Assembly: GCA_963663035.1 (NCBI GenBank)
Contig: OY760074.1
Location: forward strand, 1,088,001-1,152,000
Direction: 5' to 3'
DNA: 64,000 bases
From: Acidobacteriota bacterium
GTDB lineage: Bacteria > Acidobacteriota > UBA6911 > RPQK01 > JADFOI01
The notes beneath the pieces are model-generated. The model made no database searches. It was not told the DNA's origin and saw only the letters and a list, made by a program, of their open reading frames with translations. Both the position numbers and the translations under genes were made by a program. Of this stretch, positions 27,527-38,200 are shown in pieces. Position 1 is the stretch's first letter. Every line of letters begins with the position of its first letter.

Positions 27527-29467
27527 TTAATTGTCTCCGAAGAATCGTTCCGTTACTTCCTCATCTGAGAAGTTGTAGCTGGGTCCGATCGGGCGGACGC
27601 CAAATTGGCTGGCCAGGGCTGCCTGCAACTGGACAATCCTTCCTCCCACCATGGTCATGGGAGTTCTGACCTTCAAGATGTCATTGACGGGAACCGTAAA
27701 GTAGTCACGATCCAAGACCACCAAATCTGCAAACTTACCAACTTCCAGCGTACCCAGTTCATCTTCCTTGAGTACGTATTCAGAGGCCCAGGAGGTCCAC
27801 ATCTTCATGGCGTGAACTCGGTCAATCCGTTGGTCTGGCTGCCAGACGACCCCATCAAACTCGCGAGTTACCGCCCGCCACAGCGGTGCCATGGGTGGTG
27901 TACCCCCATAACCCTGCCCGACCAGCTTGACACCCGCTTCAATCCAAGTCTTGAAGGGAGTGATAAAGGGTTGGATCTGTTCGCCGTAGTCTCGAATCCA
28001 AGCCGGTGAACCTCCGGCTATGCTGGTTCCGCAGCTCAGTATGATCCCGTAATCCAACAGACCCTGAATGACATCTGGCAGCTGTCCGATCACATGGCAG
28101 TGCTCACCCGTCATTCTCATGTCAAGCACCTGCTGCATCGTCCAGCCGTTGACTTCGCGGGCCTCATCGACCATCTGAAAGAAGGCTCGCGCGGCTTGGC
28201 TGCCGCATATGTGCACCCCCGCCAGCCGCCAGCCGGAAGCGGCCGCGTTTTCAAGTGTATCCCAGGGCAGTTCGCCGGGTACGGGGCAGACTTCTCGAGC
28301 CTTGATATTGGCTGGAGCGATGGTATCGGGTCCGGTGCAGGATTCCGGATAAACCGAATCCCAGCGCTCTGAGGCCACGCCGTCAATCCACAGGTAGTCG
28401 TCTCCTATGCCCTGCAGTACTCCTGTTCGGCGATAGATTTGACGGGTTTGCTGGGGATCGGTGGGCATGCGATGGATCTCGTAGTGGGCAGAGAAACGAA
28501 TCGGCAGTTGGCCGATACCGGCCAGGGTGGCATACCCGCTCATGATCTTGGGGAATTGAATGCGGCTTGAAAAGGTGGTGATTCCTGTGGTCGTGGCTTC
28601 TTCCGATATGATCCGAATAGCCTCGGCCAGAGTTGCCAGAGGAACTTCTTGCAGAAAAAGCTCCCAGGTGATCACGGACATTTCCTGGCTGCCCACCCAT
28701 CCGATCTCGGCAATATCCTCTCCGATGACATCCCCGTGCATGGTCTCATGGATGGATTCGGAGTATCCCGGGAAAAACTCATCCAGGATCTCCAGGGCCT
28801 TGGAATTGATGTTGCCTCTAAGACCCGGATTCATCAGCACCGGGTTCTCAGGTGCCCACTGATCAAGGGTCCTGCGGTTGGTCAAGCGCCGGGTCATGCT
28901 CCACAGGCCAAGATTCCCCATATTATCCTCGGGATTACGCTGCATCCGGAGCACGATCCAGTCACCCGGGTCGACCTGCTTGACCGCCTCCTGGAGGGCA
29001 TCGCGCAGAATTCCCTGGGTTTGCTCCAGGTCGGTGGGATGCGCCTAGGCCGATGTCATATAGACTCCCTCGGGGGGATACTTGAAGCCCAAACGATTCA
29101 GATGCTGTACAGCTCGACCGTACATGTGGGTGTGGGGCTCAATTATGCCAGGTATCAGGGTTTTTCCTGCCAAGTCGAAAACCTGGGTATTGGGACCTGC
29201 CACGGTCCTCACCTGGGATGTGGTTCCCAACTTCATGATCTTGTCGCGCTTGACCGCTAGGGCCTGATAGACGGTCCCCACGCTGGTTGATCGGGAGATA
29301 TCGTCCATGCTCACCACCTTGCCGTTGACAAAGAGGGTGTCAGCATAGCCCTGCTGGGCCACTTCGGGGGCCAGCTGAGCAAACGAGTCGGTCACCTGAA
29401 CTAAAAACAGCGTGCTCAGGGCCAGGGTAAAAACAAGGGGTTTGACATGCCATTGATCGGTTCTCAT
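27527..29467 (-). pseudogene. Amidohydrolase paralog P3 with one in-frame amber stop (29047-29045)
   Basis: ORFs 29045..29467 and 27527..28954 share a frame. TSA-TAG-AHP aligns to TSAQAHP in the paralogs. Total length is 1941 bp, the same as P2. Confidence 0.85.
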
Positions 29468-29506
29468 AGAAACCTCCTCCTGAAATTATAGGTTCTCTGA
29501 CCGGGA

Positions 29507-29535
29507 ATTATACAGCGTGAAACCCACAAGACCAA
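29507..29535 (-). promoter_or_regulatory. Putative promoter of P3
   Basis: TTGGTC-17-TATAAT. Confidence 0.5.
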
Positions 29536-29582
29536 AGGAAAATCTCCAACGAAACGAAGAAAAGCGATTGTCCTGGCTGCCT

Positions 29583-29611
29583 TTGACAAAGGTTCAGGAC
29601 AGGAGTAGGTT
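29583..29611 (+). promoter_or_regulatory. Putative sigma-70 promoter
   Basis: TTGACA-17-TAGGTT, about 45 bp before the ATG at 29656. Confidence 0.4.
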
Positions 29612-29655
29612 GACCGTAGCAACCGTCAACTTCAGGACATCTTAGGGAGGGTTCC

Positions 29656-31431
29656 ATGAAATTTCGATTTGTGAGAATTGTTAGTACGAGTCTACTGGCA
29701 GGTCTTTTTCTTTTTGTGGTGAGCCACTGCGGGTCTGCTGTCCCTGCCGCGCTGGCCCCCGACAGCGTGCTGTATAACGGGAAAATTGTAACCGTGGACG
29801 AGGATTTCTCCATTGCTCAGGCAGTCGCCATCAAGAGCGGGCGTTTTGTGGCGGTGGGGTCCGACAGCGAAATTCTTGCGCTGGCGGGAGGCGACACTGA
29901 GAGAGTGGACTTGGAGGGGCAGACTGTTCTGCCTGGCTTCAATGACTCCCATCTTCACCTGTCCTGGCCCGTGGGAGAGCCTCCCAATCCTGCCATCCAG
30001 AAACTGGGGAGGGCCCAATCGATTGCTGAAATCGTGGAACTGGTCAAGGAGAGAGTTGCAGAGACCCCTCCTGGAGAAGTGGTCTGGATGCCGGGAGGTG
30101 GATCCAGGGTGGACCGGATCGAGGAAAAGCGCTGGCCCAACCGGCACGATCTGGATCCCGTATCACCCAACAACCCGGTGATTCTCATCTTCTCGGGTGA
30201 CCACGTTTATGTCACCAACAGCATGGGGCTCTCCAAAGCCAACATCGATCGCAACTCCGTCCAGCCTGATGCCAGAGGACTTTTCGGTACCTTTGAAATG
30301 GATTCCAGGGGGGAACCGACCGGAATCGTCACGGGACGGGCGGCGGCGCGCATCTTAAGGGAGGCCATGAATGTCTGGAATACCGAGGAGCTGGAGAGAA
30401 ACATGGCCAGCGCCATTGAGACCGAGGTGATACCTCACGGTATCACCAGTCTTTCGGATCCGCAAAACGGAGGCAGTGCTCCCAGGCCGGTTCAAACTGC
30501 CTATCAGCGCCTGCTCCAGCGCGAGGAGGGATTGCCCGCGCGCATTAATTTGATGATTCGCCTTCCTGTCCGTTCACTGGCAACCCAGGACTCACTGGAT
30601 CTGATCGATGGTCTGCTCTACTCACCGCCTCTGAAAACCCCCTTCTTTCGTGTGGGGAGTTTCAAGATTGCTCTGGATAAAGGGCGTCCTGGGAGCACGC
30701 CCTGGCAGGTGCCGACCGAGAGAGCGATGGCGGTGATGATCGAGGCCCACAGGCAAGGGTGGCAGCTGTACGTACACATTGGCACTCCTGAAAGTTTCGA
30801 TTTAGCCTGCGAGGCAGTGGAGGAAGCCTATCGACTGTATCCGAACGGACCGACCCGGCACATCTTTACCCACATCGGCCGGCCCACGAAAGAGAACCTG
30901 GAGACGATGAAGCGACTGGGAATTGTTGCTGATTTGCAGGTCAATGGCATCTATGGTACCTCGGATGATGCGGAGGAGAATTATCAGATGAGCCCCGACC
31001 GACCGGATTTTGGCCCCAGGCCGGTGGCCACCTATCGGGATGCCGGCATCCCGGTGATCATCAGCAGTGACCAGGCACCGATTGGACCACTCTTTTCCAT
31101 CTGGCAGGCGGTCAGCCGTGTGCGCAGGTCGGGCAAGATCTTTCGTCCGGAAGAGAGGCTAACACTGGAGGAGGCCATTCGCGCCGTTACCATCGGCCCG
31201 GCCTGGGCTTTCTTCGAAGACGATGTCAAAGGCTCCATCGAACCCGGAAAGTACGCGGATATGGTCGTGCTGGGTCAGGATATAATGACCATCGATCCCT
31301 TGAAGATTATAGAGATCCCGGTTTTGAAGACCATGACCAACGGGAAGTTTGTCTATGTGAATCCAAACCAGGATCCGGTGCAGAAGACCGAGTACTTCCG
31401 GTACCCGACTCGGGCTCCCTATATGAATTAG
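29656..31431 (+). CDS. Exported/lipoprotein amidohydrolase (YtcJ-like), divergent member
   Basis: 'VLYNGKIVTVD', 'PGFNDSHLH', 'LYVHIG', 'FTHI', 'ISSDQAP', 'GSIEPGKYADMVVL'. Confidence 0.9.
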   Translation: MKFRFVRIVSTSLLAGLFLFVVSHCGSAVPAALAPDSVLYNGKIVTVDEDFSIAQAVAIKSGRFVAVGSDSEILALAGGDTERVDLEGQTVLPGFNDSHLHLSWPVGEPPNPAIQKLGRAQSIAEIVELVKERVAETPPGEVVWMPGGGSRVDRIEEKRWPNRHDLDPVSPNNPVILIFSGDHVYVTNSMGLSKANIDRNSVQPDARGLFGTFEMDSRGEPTGIVTGRAAARILREAMNVWNTEELERNMASAIETEVIPHGITSLSDPQNGGSAPRPVQTAYQRLLQREEGLPARINLMIRLPVRSLATQDSLDLIDGLLYSPPLKTPFFRVGSFKIALDKGRPGSTPWQVPTERAMAVMIEAHRQGWQLYVHIGTPESFDLACEAVEEAYRLYPNGPTRHIFTHIGRPTKENLETMKRLGIVADLQVNGIYGTSDDAEENYQMSPDRPDFGPRPVATYRDAGIPVIISSDQAPIGPLFSIWQAVSRVRRSGKIFRPEERLTLEEAIRAVTIGPAWAFFEDDVKGSIEPGKYADMVVLGQDIMTIDPLKIIEIPVLKTMTNGKFVYVNPNQDPVQKTEYFRYPTRAPYMN

Positions 31432-31453
31432 CAATAAGAAGAGGAGGTGACCG

Positions 31454-32926
31454 GTGACGGTTCAGAAAAAGAATCCACCTGATGGCTTACTTCAAGGGCG
31501 TGCTCCGTCCACTCTAGATCGTCGCCGATTTTTGTCCACACTGGCCGCGAGCGGAGGAATTCTAGCTGCGACTCGGTCTGGATTTGGCTCGCTGCTGCAA
31601 TCGGGCGATCTTCCGGCTGGAGTCAGGGCGGGGGACTGGTCGATGATTGGTGCGGATATGCACAATACCCGCTTCAATCCCTCCGAGAGAACCATTGGTC
31701 CCAACAATGTCGAGAGCCTCCAGGTGAAGTGGACTTTTGGTTTGGCGGAAGATCACATCCAGAGTACACCCGTTGTGGTTGGGGATAGCGTCTATTTTTC
31801 ATCCTGGGATGGACATTACTATTCGGTTGACAGCCAAACCGGAGAACTCAAGTGGAAAATGGATGCCTGGGATCTCAAACCAGGCGAACCTGCTCCAGAC
31901 CTGCGTCCTCCCGCATCGCCAGGGGAGCAAAGGGGATCAGCCTTCTACGAAAATGGGCGTCTTTATTTTGGTTCCGGGACAGGGAAGGTCCATTGCCTGG
32001 ATGCCGAAACGGGTAAGGAGATCTGGGGAACACCGTTGGATCCAGAGGCGGCAACGAATGTGAGCCACATTTCCGCCTCCCCAATTGTCTATCAGGGTAA
32101 GGTCTTCATTGGAGTTGCTTCTGGACTGGGCCAGATCGCCTGTTTGGATGCCGGGACAGGTGCGGTGCGCTGGCGCTTTTACACGGTGCCGGGTACCCCT
32201 ACAGGGGGAGGATCGGTGTGGACGGCGGCGGCCATCGATAAAGAGTACAACATCGTCTACAATGTCACCGGGAACCCCAAGGCTTTTCCCCCAGGCCCAA
32301 TTCTCTTTACTGAAAGTGTTCTGGCCAACGATCTCGATTCCGGAGAGTTGCTCTGGTACCATCAGGTGCGCCCCCGAGATCCTTTTGATCTTGACTTCAA
32401 TACTCATCCATTGCTGTTCGAAACCTCACATCCTTCTCATCGTGGAAGCACCCAAAGATACTGTCTTGGCACCGGTAACAAATCCGGTGGATTTCACGTC
32501 TTCGATCGCTACACGGGCACACCCTATTGGGATGCCATGTTGACCGATAGCAGAACTTCCATCAACGCGACCGCATTTGCCTACAATAAGATTTTCCTGA
32601 CGTCGAACTCTTCTGGTGGAAATCGCATAGCTCGGTCGGTGACCGTGGCCCTGCACCCATACACGGGAGATGTTCTGTGGTGGACTCCCAACGCCTCCGC
32701 TAGTGGGACCACCCTCGCTGTGGCCAACCGCCTGCTCTACCAGGGTCTGACAGATGGCACTCTCCAGGTCCTTGATGTGGAGACAGGCAACGTTCTCTGG
32801 ACTCACCAGTCACCCGGGGCCCGCAGTGGTGGTCTCTCGGTGTCCAACGGCACCCTCTACACAAGCGTTGGAGGGACGGGCAGGCCTCCCAATGTGCTTT
32901 ATGCTTTTAGCATCGATGGGAGATAA
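31454..32926 (+). CDS. Tat-exported PQQ-binding beta-propeller protein (PVA-dehydrogenase-like)
   Basis: 'DRRRFL' Tat motif, 'WSMIGADMHNTRF', 'LDAETGKEIW' repeats, 'GGSVWTAAAID', 'DPFDLDF'. Confidence 0.87.
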   Translation: MTVQKKNPPDGLLQGRAPSTLDRRRFLSTLAASGGILAATRSGFGSLLQSGDLPAGVRAGDWSMIGADMHNTRFNPSERTIGPNNVESLQVKWTFGLAEDHIQSTPVVVGDSVYFSSWDGHYYSVDSQTGELKWKMDAWDLKPGEPAPDLRPPASPGEQRGSAFYENGRLYFGSGTGKVHCLDAETGKEIWGTPLDPEAATNVSHISASPIVYQGKVFIGVASGLGQIACLDAGTGAVRWRFYTVPGTPTGGGSVWTAAAIDKEYNIVYNVTGNPKAFPPGPILFTESVLANDLDSGELLWYHQVRPRDPFDLDFNTHPLLFETSHPSHRGSTQRYCLGTGNKSGGFHVFDRYTGTPYWDAMLTDSRTSINATAFAYNKIFLTSNSSGGNRIARSVTVALHPYTGDVLWWTPNASASGTTLAVANRLLYQGLTDGTLQVLDVETGNVLWTHQSPGARSGGLSVSNGTLYTSVGGTGRPPNVLYAFSIDGR

Positions 32927-32948
32927 ATTCGCCGGCTAAGGAGAAAAT

Positions 32949-33530
32949 ATGCGCAATCCCAATGAGAAAATCAGCCGCAGGAATCTTCTGAGAGGTCTGG
33001 CAAGCAGTGCCCTGCTTCTGAGCAACGCCCGGCTGTTGGGCCAGGATACAGTGCCGAGGATAAGCATTACCCTCAGTTATGCAATAGGACTCTGGTATTT
33101 CAACCCGGTAGGCTTGTATCTGGAAAAGGGACAAACCGCCGAGTGGATGGCCACACGGTGGGGGCCGACGGTAACGGCCTTCCACCCTTCCAATGGTAAT
33201 CAGGAACTGCGCATTCCGGAAGCGGCTGAGCCTTTTGACTCGGGGGTTCTAGCGCGAGAGGATACCTTCCGCTGGACCTTTGATGTGGAAGGGACATACG
33301 ACTACTTCAGTAAAAACCACTTGGGGATGGGCGTGGTGGGCCGGATCGTCGTGGGGAATCCAGGCGGACCGGGTGAGATGCCGCCGCGCTATGGAGGCGC
33401 TCAGGGGAGGGCTCCCATCTATCCGCGAGCCATGCCGGTTTTTGACTTTCTCGATTCCCAGGAAATCGTGCGCCAGAAAACCGTTTCCTTTCCTACCGAT
33501 AGGCTGGGACAGAGTTATCCAGAATACTGA
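32949..33530 (+). CDS. Tat-exported cupredoxin/halocyanin-like protein lacking the type-1 Cu Cys
   Basis: 'SRRNLL', 'FNPVGLYLEKGQT', 'RIPEAAEPFDSG', 'TFDVEGTYDYFSKNHLGMGVVGRIVVG'. Confidence 0.8.
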   Translation: MRNPNEKISRRNLLRGLASSALLLSNARLLGQDTVPRISITLSYAIGLWYFNPVGLYLEKGQTAEWMATRWGPTVTAFHPSNGNQELRIPEAAEPFDSGVLAREDTFRWTFDVEGTYDYFSKNHLGMGVVGRIVVGNPGGPGEMPPRYGGAQGRAPIYPRAMPVFDFLDSQEIVRQKTVSFPTDRLGQSYPEY

Positions 33531-33610
33531 CGGGGTTTAGCCGGGACTATCCATAAGTTCTCTACTGCAGTGCCCCAAACATCCACGCTGACTGCTTTGT
33601 GCGACCCGCA

Positions 33611-34990
33611 GAGCTACCCTCAAAAGGTGTGTAAATAGCACAGGCGGTGATTATCCTTCCGGGTGAAAATAAAAACCCGGGCGGAAGAGCCCGAAAGGAA
33701 GGAGTCACACCGCCATGAGCAAGAAGAACATTGATCACAGTGTGGAGTCAAGAGTCTGCTTTGAACAGCTGGAAGAGTGGGTGCGAGAGCAGATCCAGTT
33801 TTACGTACAGGAACTGCTGGAGGATGAAGTGACACAGCTGCTGGGACGAAGAAAGAATGAGCGTCGCCGAGAAGTGGACGCCTCCGGTGGCTATCGCAAC
33901 GGCTACGGCAAGGAGCGGCGACTGACGATGAGTTGCGGAACGATCAAGCTGCGGCGTCCCCGAGTGCGGGATCTGGAAGAGCGTTTTGAGAGCCGGGTCT
34001 TGCCGCTGTTTGCCAAGCGAACGCGAGAGGTACGAGACTTGATTCCAGAACTCTATTTACATGGTCTGGCCGAGGGGGATTTCGATCTGGCCTTGAGAGG
34101 GCTTTTAGGGGAAGAAGCGCCGCTGTCCCCCAGCACCGTAGCCCGGTTGAAACAGAAGTGGCAGGGAGAAATGGAGGCCTGGCAGAGCCGTCGGCTGGAT
34201 GATCTGGAAGTCGTGTATTTGTGGGCGGACGGCGTGTACATCAAAGCAGGGCTGGAGAAGGAGAAGGCCGTGATTCTGGTAGTGATCGCCGCTTTAAGTG
34301 ATGGCACTAAAGTGGTGGTGTCCGTCAGTAGTGGTTATCGAGAATCGACCCAGAGCTGGTCCGCAGTGCTGCGGGATCTCAAAGAGCGGGGGATGAACCC
34401 ACCCCGTCTGGTGATCGCTGACGGGCATCTGGGGATCTGGGGAGCGTTGCGCAACGTGTTCCCAGAAGCCGACGAGCAGAGATGCTGGAATCATCGCATC
34501 GTCAACTTGCTGGCCAAGATCCCCAAGAGTCGGCACAAAGCGGCCTTGTTGATGTTGCGGCAGATCCCTTATGCAGAAACACGGCAGGAAGCCGAGCGAG
34601 TCAAAGGACGATTCCAACATTGGTGTAGCAAGAGAGGCCTGGAGGCAGCGGCTGATCTGATCGACCAGGACTGGGAGCGGATGGTGACGTTTTACAACTA
34701 TCCCAAACAGCAGTGGCAACATCTGCGGACTACCAACCCAGTGGAGTCTCCCTTCTCTGCTCTGCGACTGCGAACCGATGCTGCTCGAAGGTTCAAGAAA
34801 GTGGCCAACGCACGGGCTGTCATCTGGAAGATGCTGCTGGTCGCTGAGAAGAGATTTCGCCGTTTGAAGGCTCCCCACTTGATGAAGGATGTCTACCAAG
34901 GAGCCCAATATGTCAATGGAGTTCCAGTCAACCCAGTCACCCAGGAGAAAGCCGCCTGATGTCTATTTACACACTTATTGACGGAACCTC
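33611..34990 (+). mobile_element. IS256-family insertion sequence, complete (1380 bp), 9-bp TSD
   Basis: IRs GAGCTACCCTCAAAAGGTGTGTAAATAG and (rc) GAGGTTCCGTCAATAAGTGTGTAAATAG. TSD CGACCCGCA at 33602-33610 and 34991-34999. Confidence 0.93.
33715..34959 (+). CDS. IS256-family (mutator-type) transposase
   Basis: 'YRNGYG', 'RPRVRD', 'YLWADG', 'IADGHLG', 'QRCWNH', 'LRTTNPVES'. Confidence 0.95.
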   Translation: MSKKNIDHSVESRVCFEQLEEWVREQIQFYVQELLEDEVTQLLGRRKNERRREVDASGGYRNGYGKERRLTMSCGTIKLRRPRVRDLEERFESRVLPLFAKRTREVRDLIPELYLHGLAEGDFDLALRGLLGEEAPLSPSTVARLKQKWQGEMEAWQSRRLDDLEVVYLWADGVYIKAGLEKEKAVILVVIAALSDGTKVVVSVSSGYRESTQSWSAVLRDLKERGMNPPRLVIADGHLGIWGALRNVFPEADEQRCWNHRIVNLLAKIPKSRHKAALLMLRQIPYAETRQEAERVKGRFQHWCSKRGLEAAADLIDQDWERMVTFYNYPKQQWQHLRTTNPVESPFSALRLRTDAARRFKKVANARAVIWKMLLVAEKRFRRLKAPHLMKDVYQGAQYVNGVPVNPVTQEKAA

Positions 34991-35155
34991 CGACCCGCAA
35001 GCGGGTACCCCTTGAGCTCCTCAGCGCACTACATGAGTATGCCTGCGGGGGGGGGGCCGACCCGCGGGGCAAGCGGGTGCCCTCGCACGCCTTGTCATCG
35101 CGGCGCCTGCGGCACTTCGTCACGAAAACCTATGGATAGACTCGGCTAGGGGGGG

Positions 35156-35183
35156 AGCCGCCAGGTTATTACACCTGACGGCT
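35156..35183 (-). terminator. Hairpin downstream of TBDR1
   Basis: AGCCGcCAGGT…ACCTGaCGGCT, nearly identical to 38826-38853. Confidence 0.5.
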
Positions 35184-35221
35184 TGCAAAGCGGGCAGCTC
35201 GAGCTGCCTTCTTGAGTTTCC

Positions 35222-38200
35222 TTAAAAGATAAGCTTGAGACCTAATTGGACTTGGCGAGCGGAAGCTCCCCCGCTGACTCGACCAAAGGAGCTTGAGATC
35301 CTTCCACTTCCGGTGAGGATGCTCCCGCTGGGGTTGCCAAAATTCACTCGATTCATCATGTTGAAGAACTCGCCTCGGAACTGGATACGGGTCTCTTCGG
35401 CCAGGGCAAAGTCCCTCTTCAGGGAAAAGTCCACATTAAAGTAGCCGGGACCGACCCCGACGTTTCTACCCAGATTGCCGAGTGTGCCTGCCTGTTGCCG
35501 TTCAAAAGAGTCACTGCTCCAGTAAAATCTGCTCTGTTCCCAGCCATCCAGGACGGGATTGTGATCCTTTCCTGGAATGAGATCCGGAGCTTGCTCGGTG
35601 CCTCGGGAAACGCCTATCTGCGCCTGGTCCAGGCTGCCGCTGGCGGTGATATTCCTGGCACTCCCGCTTGAGGCCGTAACAATACCGCCCACTGACCAAC
35701 CGCCCAGGAAATGGAGAGCTGGTCCTGAGATTTGGCCGGTTGGAATATCAGCCGTGAAGTTGGTCGTGAAATTGTGCTTCACATGAAATCCTGAAAGACC
35801 CTTGCTGCGAACCTGGTCAAAGGGGTCCTGAGTGGCCGCGGCTGAACCACCTACATCACCTCCCGCAATACCCGAGGTAAAGTCGAGATTCCTGGAAAAG
35901 GTATAGTTGGCCTGCAATGAATATCCCCCGCCGAACCGCTTGCTGAAGCGGGTCTGAAGGGAGTTGTACCAGCTATTGCCATCCCAGTTTCTGTATTCCA
36001 TATCGATGAAGTTGGGATTGATAAACTCTCCACCGTCTGGATAGGCTGCACTGCTCGCGAGCGGCCAATACTTCATTCCAGAGGCCAGCGTGGACTCGTC
36101 AAATCCAGCCGTATTGGGGTCATCGGCGCAGGGGCAAGTCGCAAAAGTGTGGCTGTTGGTACTCTTCAGTCGCCCCAGCTTCGTCCCTCGATTGCCCGCG
36201 TAGCTGACGGAGAAGACGGAGTCGCTGGTCAGCTGGTGCTGGATGGTGAAATGGAACTGCATCAGGTAGGGCGTAGGCCCGCTAAATTCCATGGGAGCCA
36301 TGGTGCCTGCCAGCTCCTCATCGAGTCCCTCGTTCAGAAAGTTCGTATAGGCATTGGGGAAGAAGCCGGTGGGGTCGGCTAAGTCTGCAGGGTATAACAC
36401 AAACCTCTTGAAGAAGGGCATGTTCTGATAGCCCTGGAGCCACCAGTTAGCACTGGTATGGGGCTGGAAGAAGATCCCATATCCCGAGCGAATAGAGGTC
36501 TCGCCTGTTCCCAGGGGATCCCAGGCAAAACCAATGCGGGGGCCGATGTTGGTCCAGGAGGTGTTTTCAAACCAGGGTTCCCCGGCGGCCTGGTCGGGAA
36601 TATAGGGGTCGATGTCAGTCAACTCATTCTTGACGTTGGCGATCCGATTCCCCACTTCTGTGGGTACGTTCAAGACCTCCCAGCGCACGCCTCCATTTAA
36701 GGTCAAGCCTGGCCTGAGCTTGAAGTCGTCCTGAATAAAGGTGCTCACCATCGTTTGCCGGTATCCCCGGATGGAACTGCCCGCCCCCACCGGGTTCAGG
36801 AACTCGAAACGGGTGGGATCGGCGTCCAGGAACCTTTCCAGTCCTCGAAATGCCATTCGGCCATGAAGGCGGGAACCGGAGAGCCCGTTGAGGTGGGTGC
36901 GCGAAACTTTTCCGCCAAACTTGATCGAATGTCGACCGACTGTGTAGGACACCGTGTCGGCGTACTCGAAAAGATTCAAGATGGAAAGGCGGTCTCCTCC
37001 GCCGGCAGCGTCAGTTCCAATCCTTGAGACAGTGTTGCCGGAAATCTGACCGAATAACCGATCGGGCAGAAAATTCAAAGCGGAGATGCCTTCGTTTTTC
37101 TGGTTATTGGGCAGTCCCCCAAAGGACCGGTTGAAGGAGGCGCTGGCGGAATTGAACAGGCTGGGTGACAGGATCCTACGCCAGGTGGTGTTAAAGAGCT
37201 GGCGGCGGGTATCAGGATGCCGCTCCCAGCGAGCCACATCCCCCCCTGAATAATACAGCTCCGCTACGGCATCGTCGACAGAATACCGAACGTCTATCGA
37301 GTCCGTATCCGAAAAGGTGTGATCCACCTTGGCCAGAAAGTAATTCTCCCGCGTGGGGTCTGAAGTCGCGAAGTTAAAGTCGGCCGTCCCATCACCGAGA
37401 TCAATGCCATTGGGTACATCATACAGGGCCAGATAGGGTCGTACCGCATCGGCAATGGGATAGATGCGCCCTTCGTCTACAATGATAGTTTCGTTACGCG
37501 CAGCATTGCTTAAAGTACGGACTGTCCGCGACCTGCCCAGCACCTGCCGAAGGCCTTCGTAGCTTCCGAAGAAGAAGGTTTGATCCGTTACGATGGGGCC
37601 GCCAACGGTGAATCCGAACTGGTGGCGCCGGAACTCCGGTTGTTCTGCATTTGCGATTTTGGCGTTGTAATCGACAGCATCCAGGTTGTCGTTGCGGTGA
37701 AACCAGAACACGGAACCATGGATATTATTGGTCCCCGATTTGGTGACGGCACTGATAACGCCGCCCGCTCCAGCGAATTCAGCACTGTAGGCATTGGTGA
37801 GAACTGAGAATTCGCGGACGGTCTCCACTCCCAAAACCGTGCCGGCGGCACTGCCCGGAGTGTTTCCAAAGGCGTCCTTGGCGTTCTGCCCGTCCAGGAT
37901 ATAGGCGTTCTGTTTGGGACGCGCTCCCCCAATCGAGGCTCGAGTCCCTCCTCCTGATATCGGATTGAAATTCGTGTTCCGGTGGCCGTTGCGGACCATG
38001 GCTCCCGCCTGCAGAAGTGCCAGATCGGTGAAGCTGCGCCCATTCAAGGGCAGCTCGGTAATGGTTCTTTGCTCGACCAGATCGGCCAGCACAGACTGGG
38101 TCGTCTCCACCAGTGGAGCCTCGCCTGTGACCGTCACTCTCTCGGCGATTTCTCCAACCCTGAGAATCATCTGGACGACTGCTTCTCTTCCCAGCGTCAG

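Larger units (their letters stand above)
33541..35145. mobile_element. MITE copy A, split by IS256 (halves 33541-33610 and 34991-35145)
   Basis: Ends CCGGGACTATCCATA and TATGGATAGACTCGG. The body aligns with 47510-47718, and the flanks are TTAG and CTAG. Confidence 0.8.

Noticed and set aside
29045-29047. Pyrrolysine read-through at the TAG in P3
   Set aside because: The position is Gln in paralogs and one transition from CAG. No pyl genes are in the window and other genes here end in TAG.
35047-35070. Poly-G run in MITE copy A as a phase-variation tract
   Set aside because: It is non-coding, absent from the other copies, and could be a homopolymer sequencing error.
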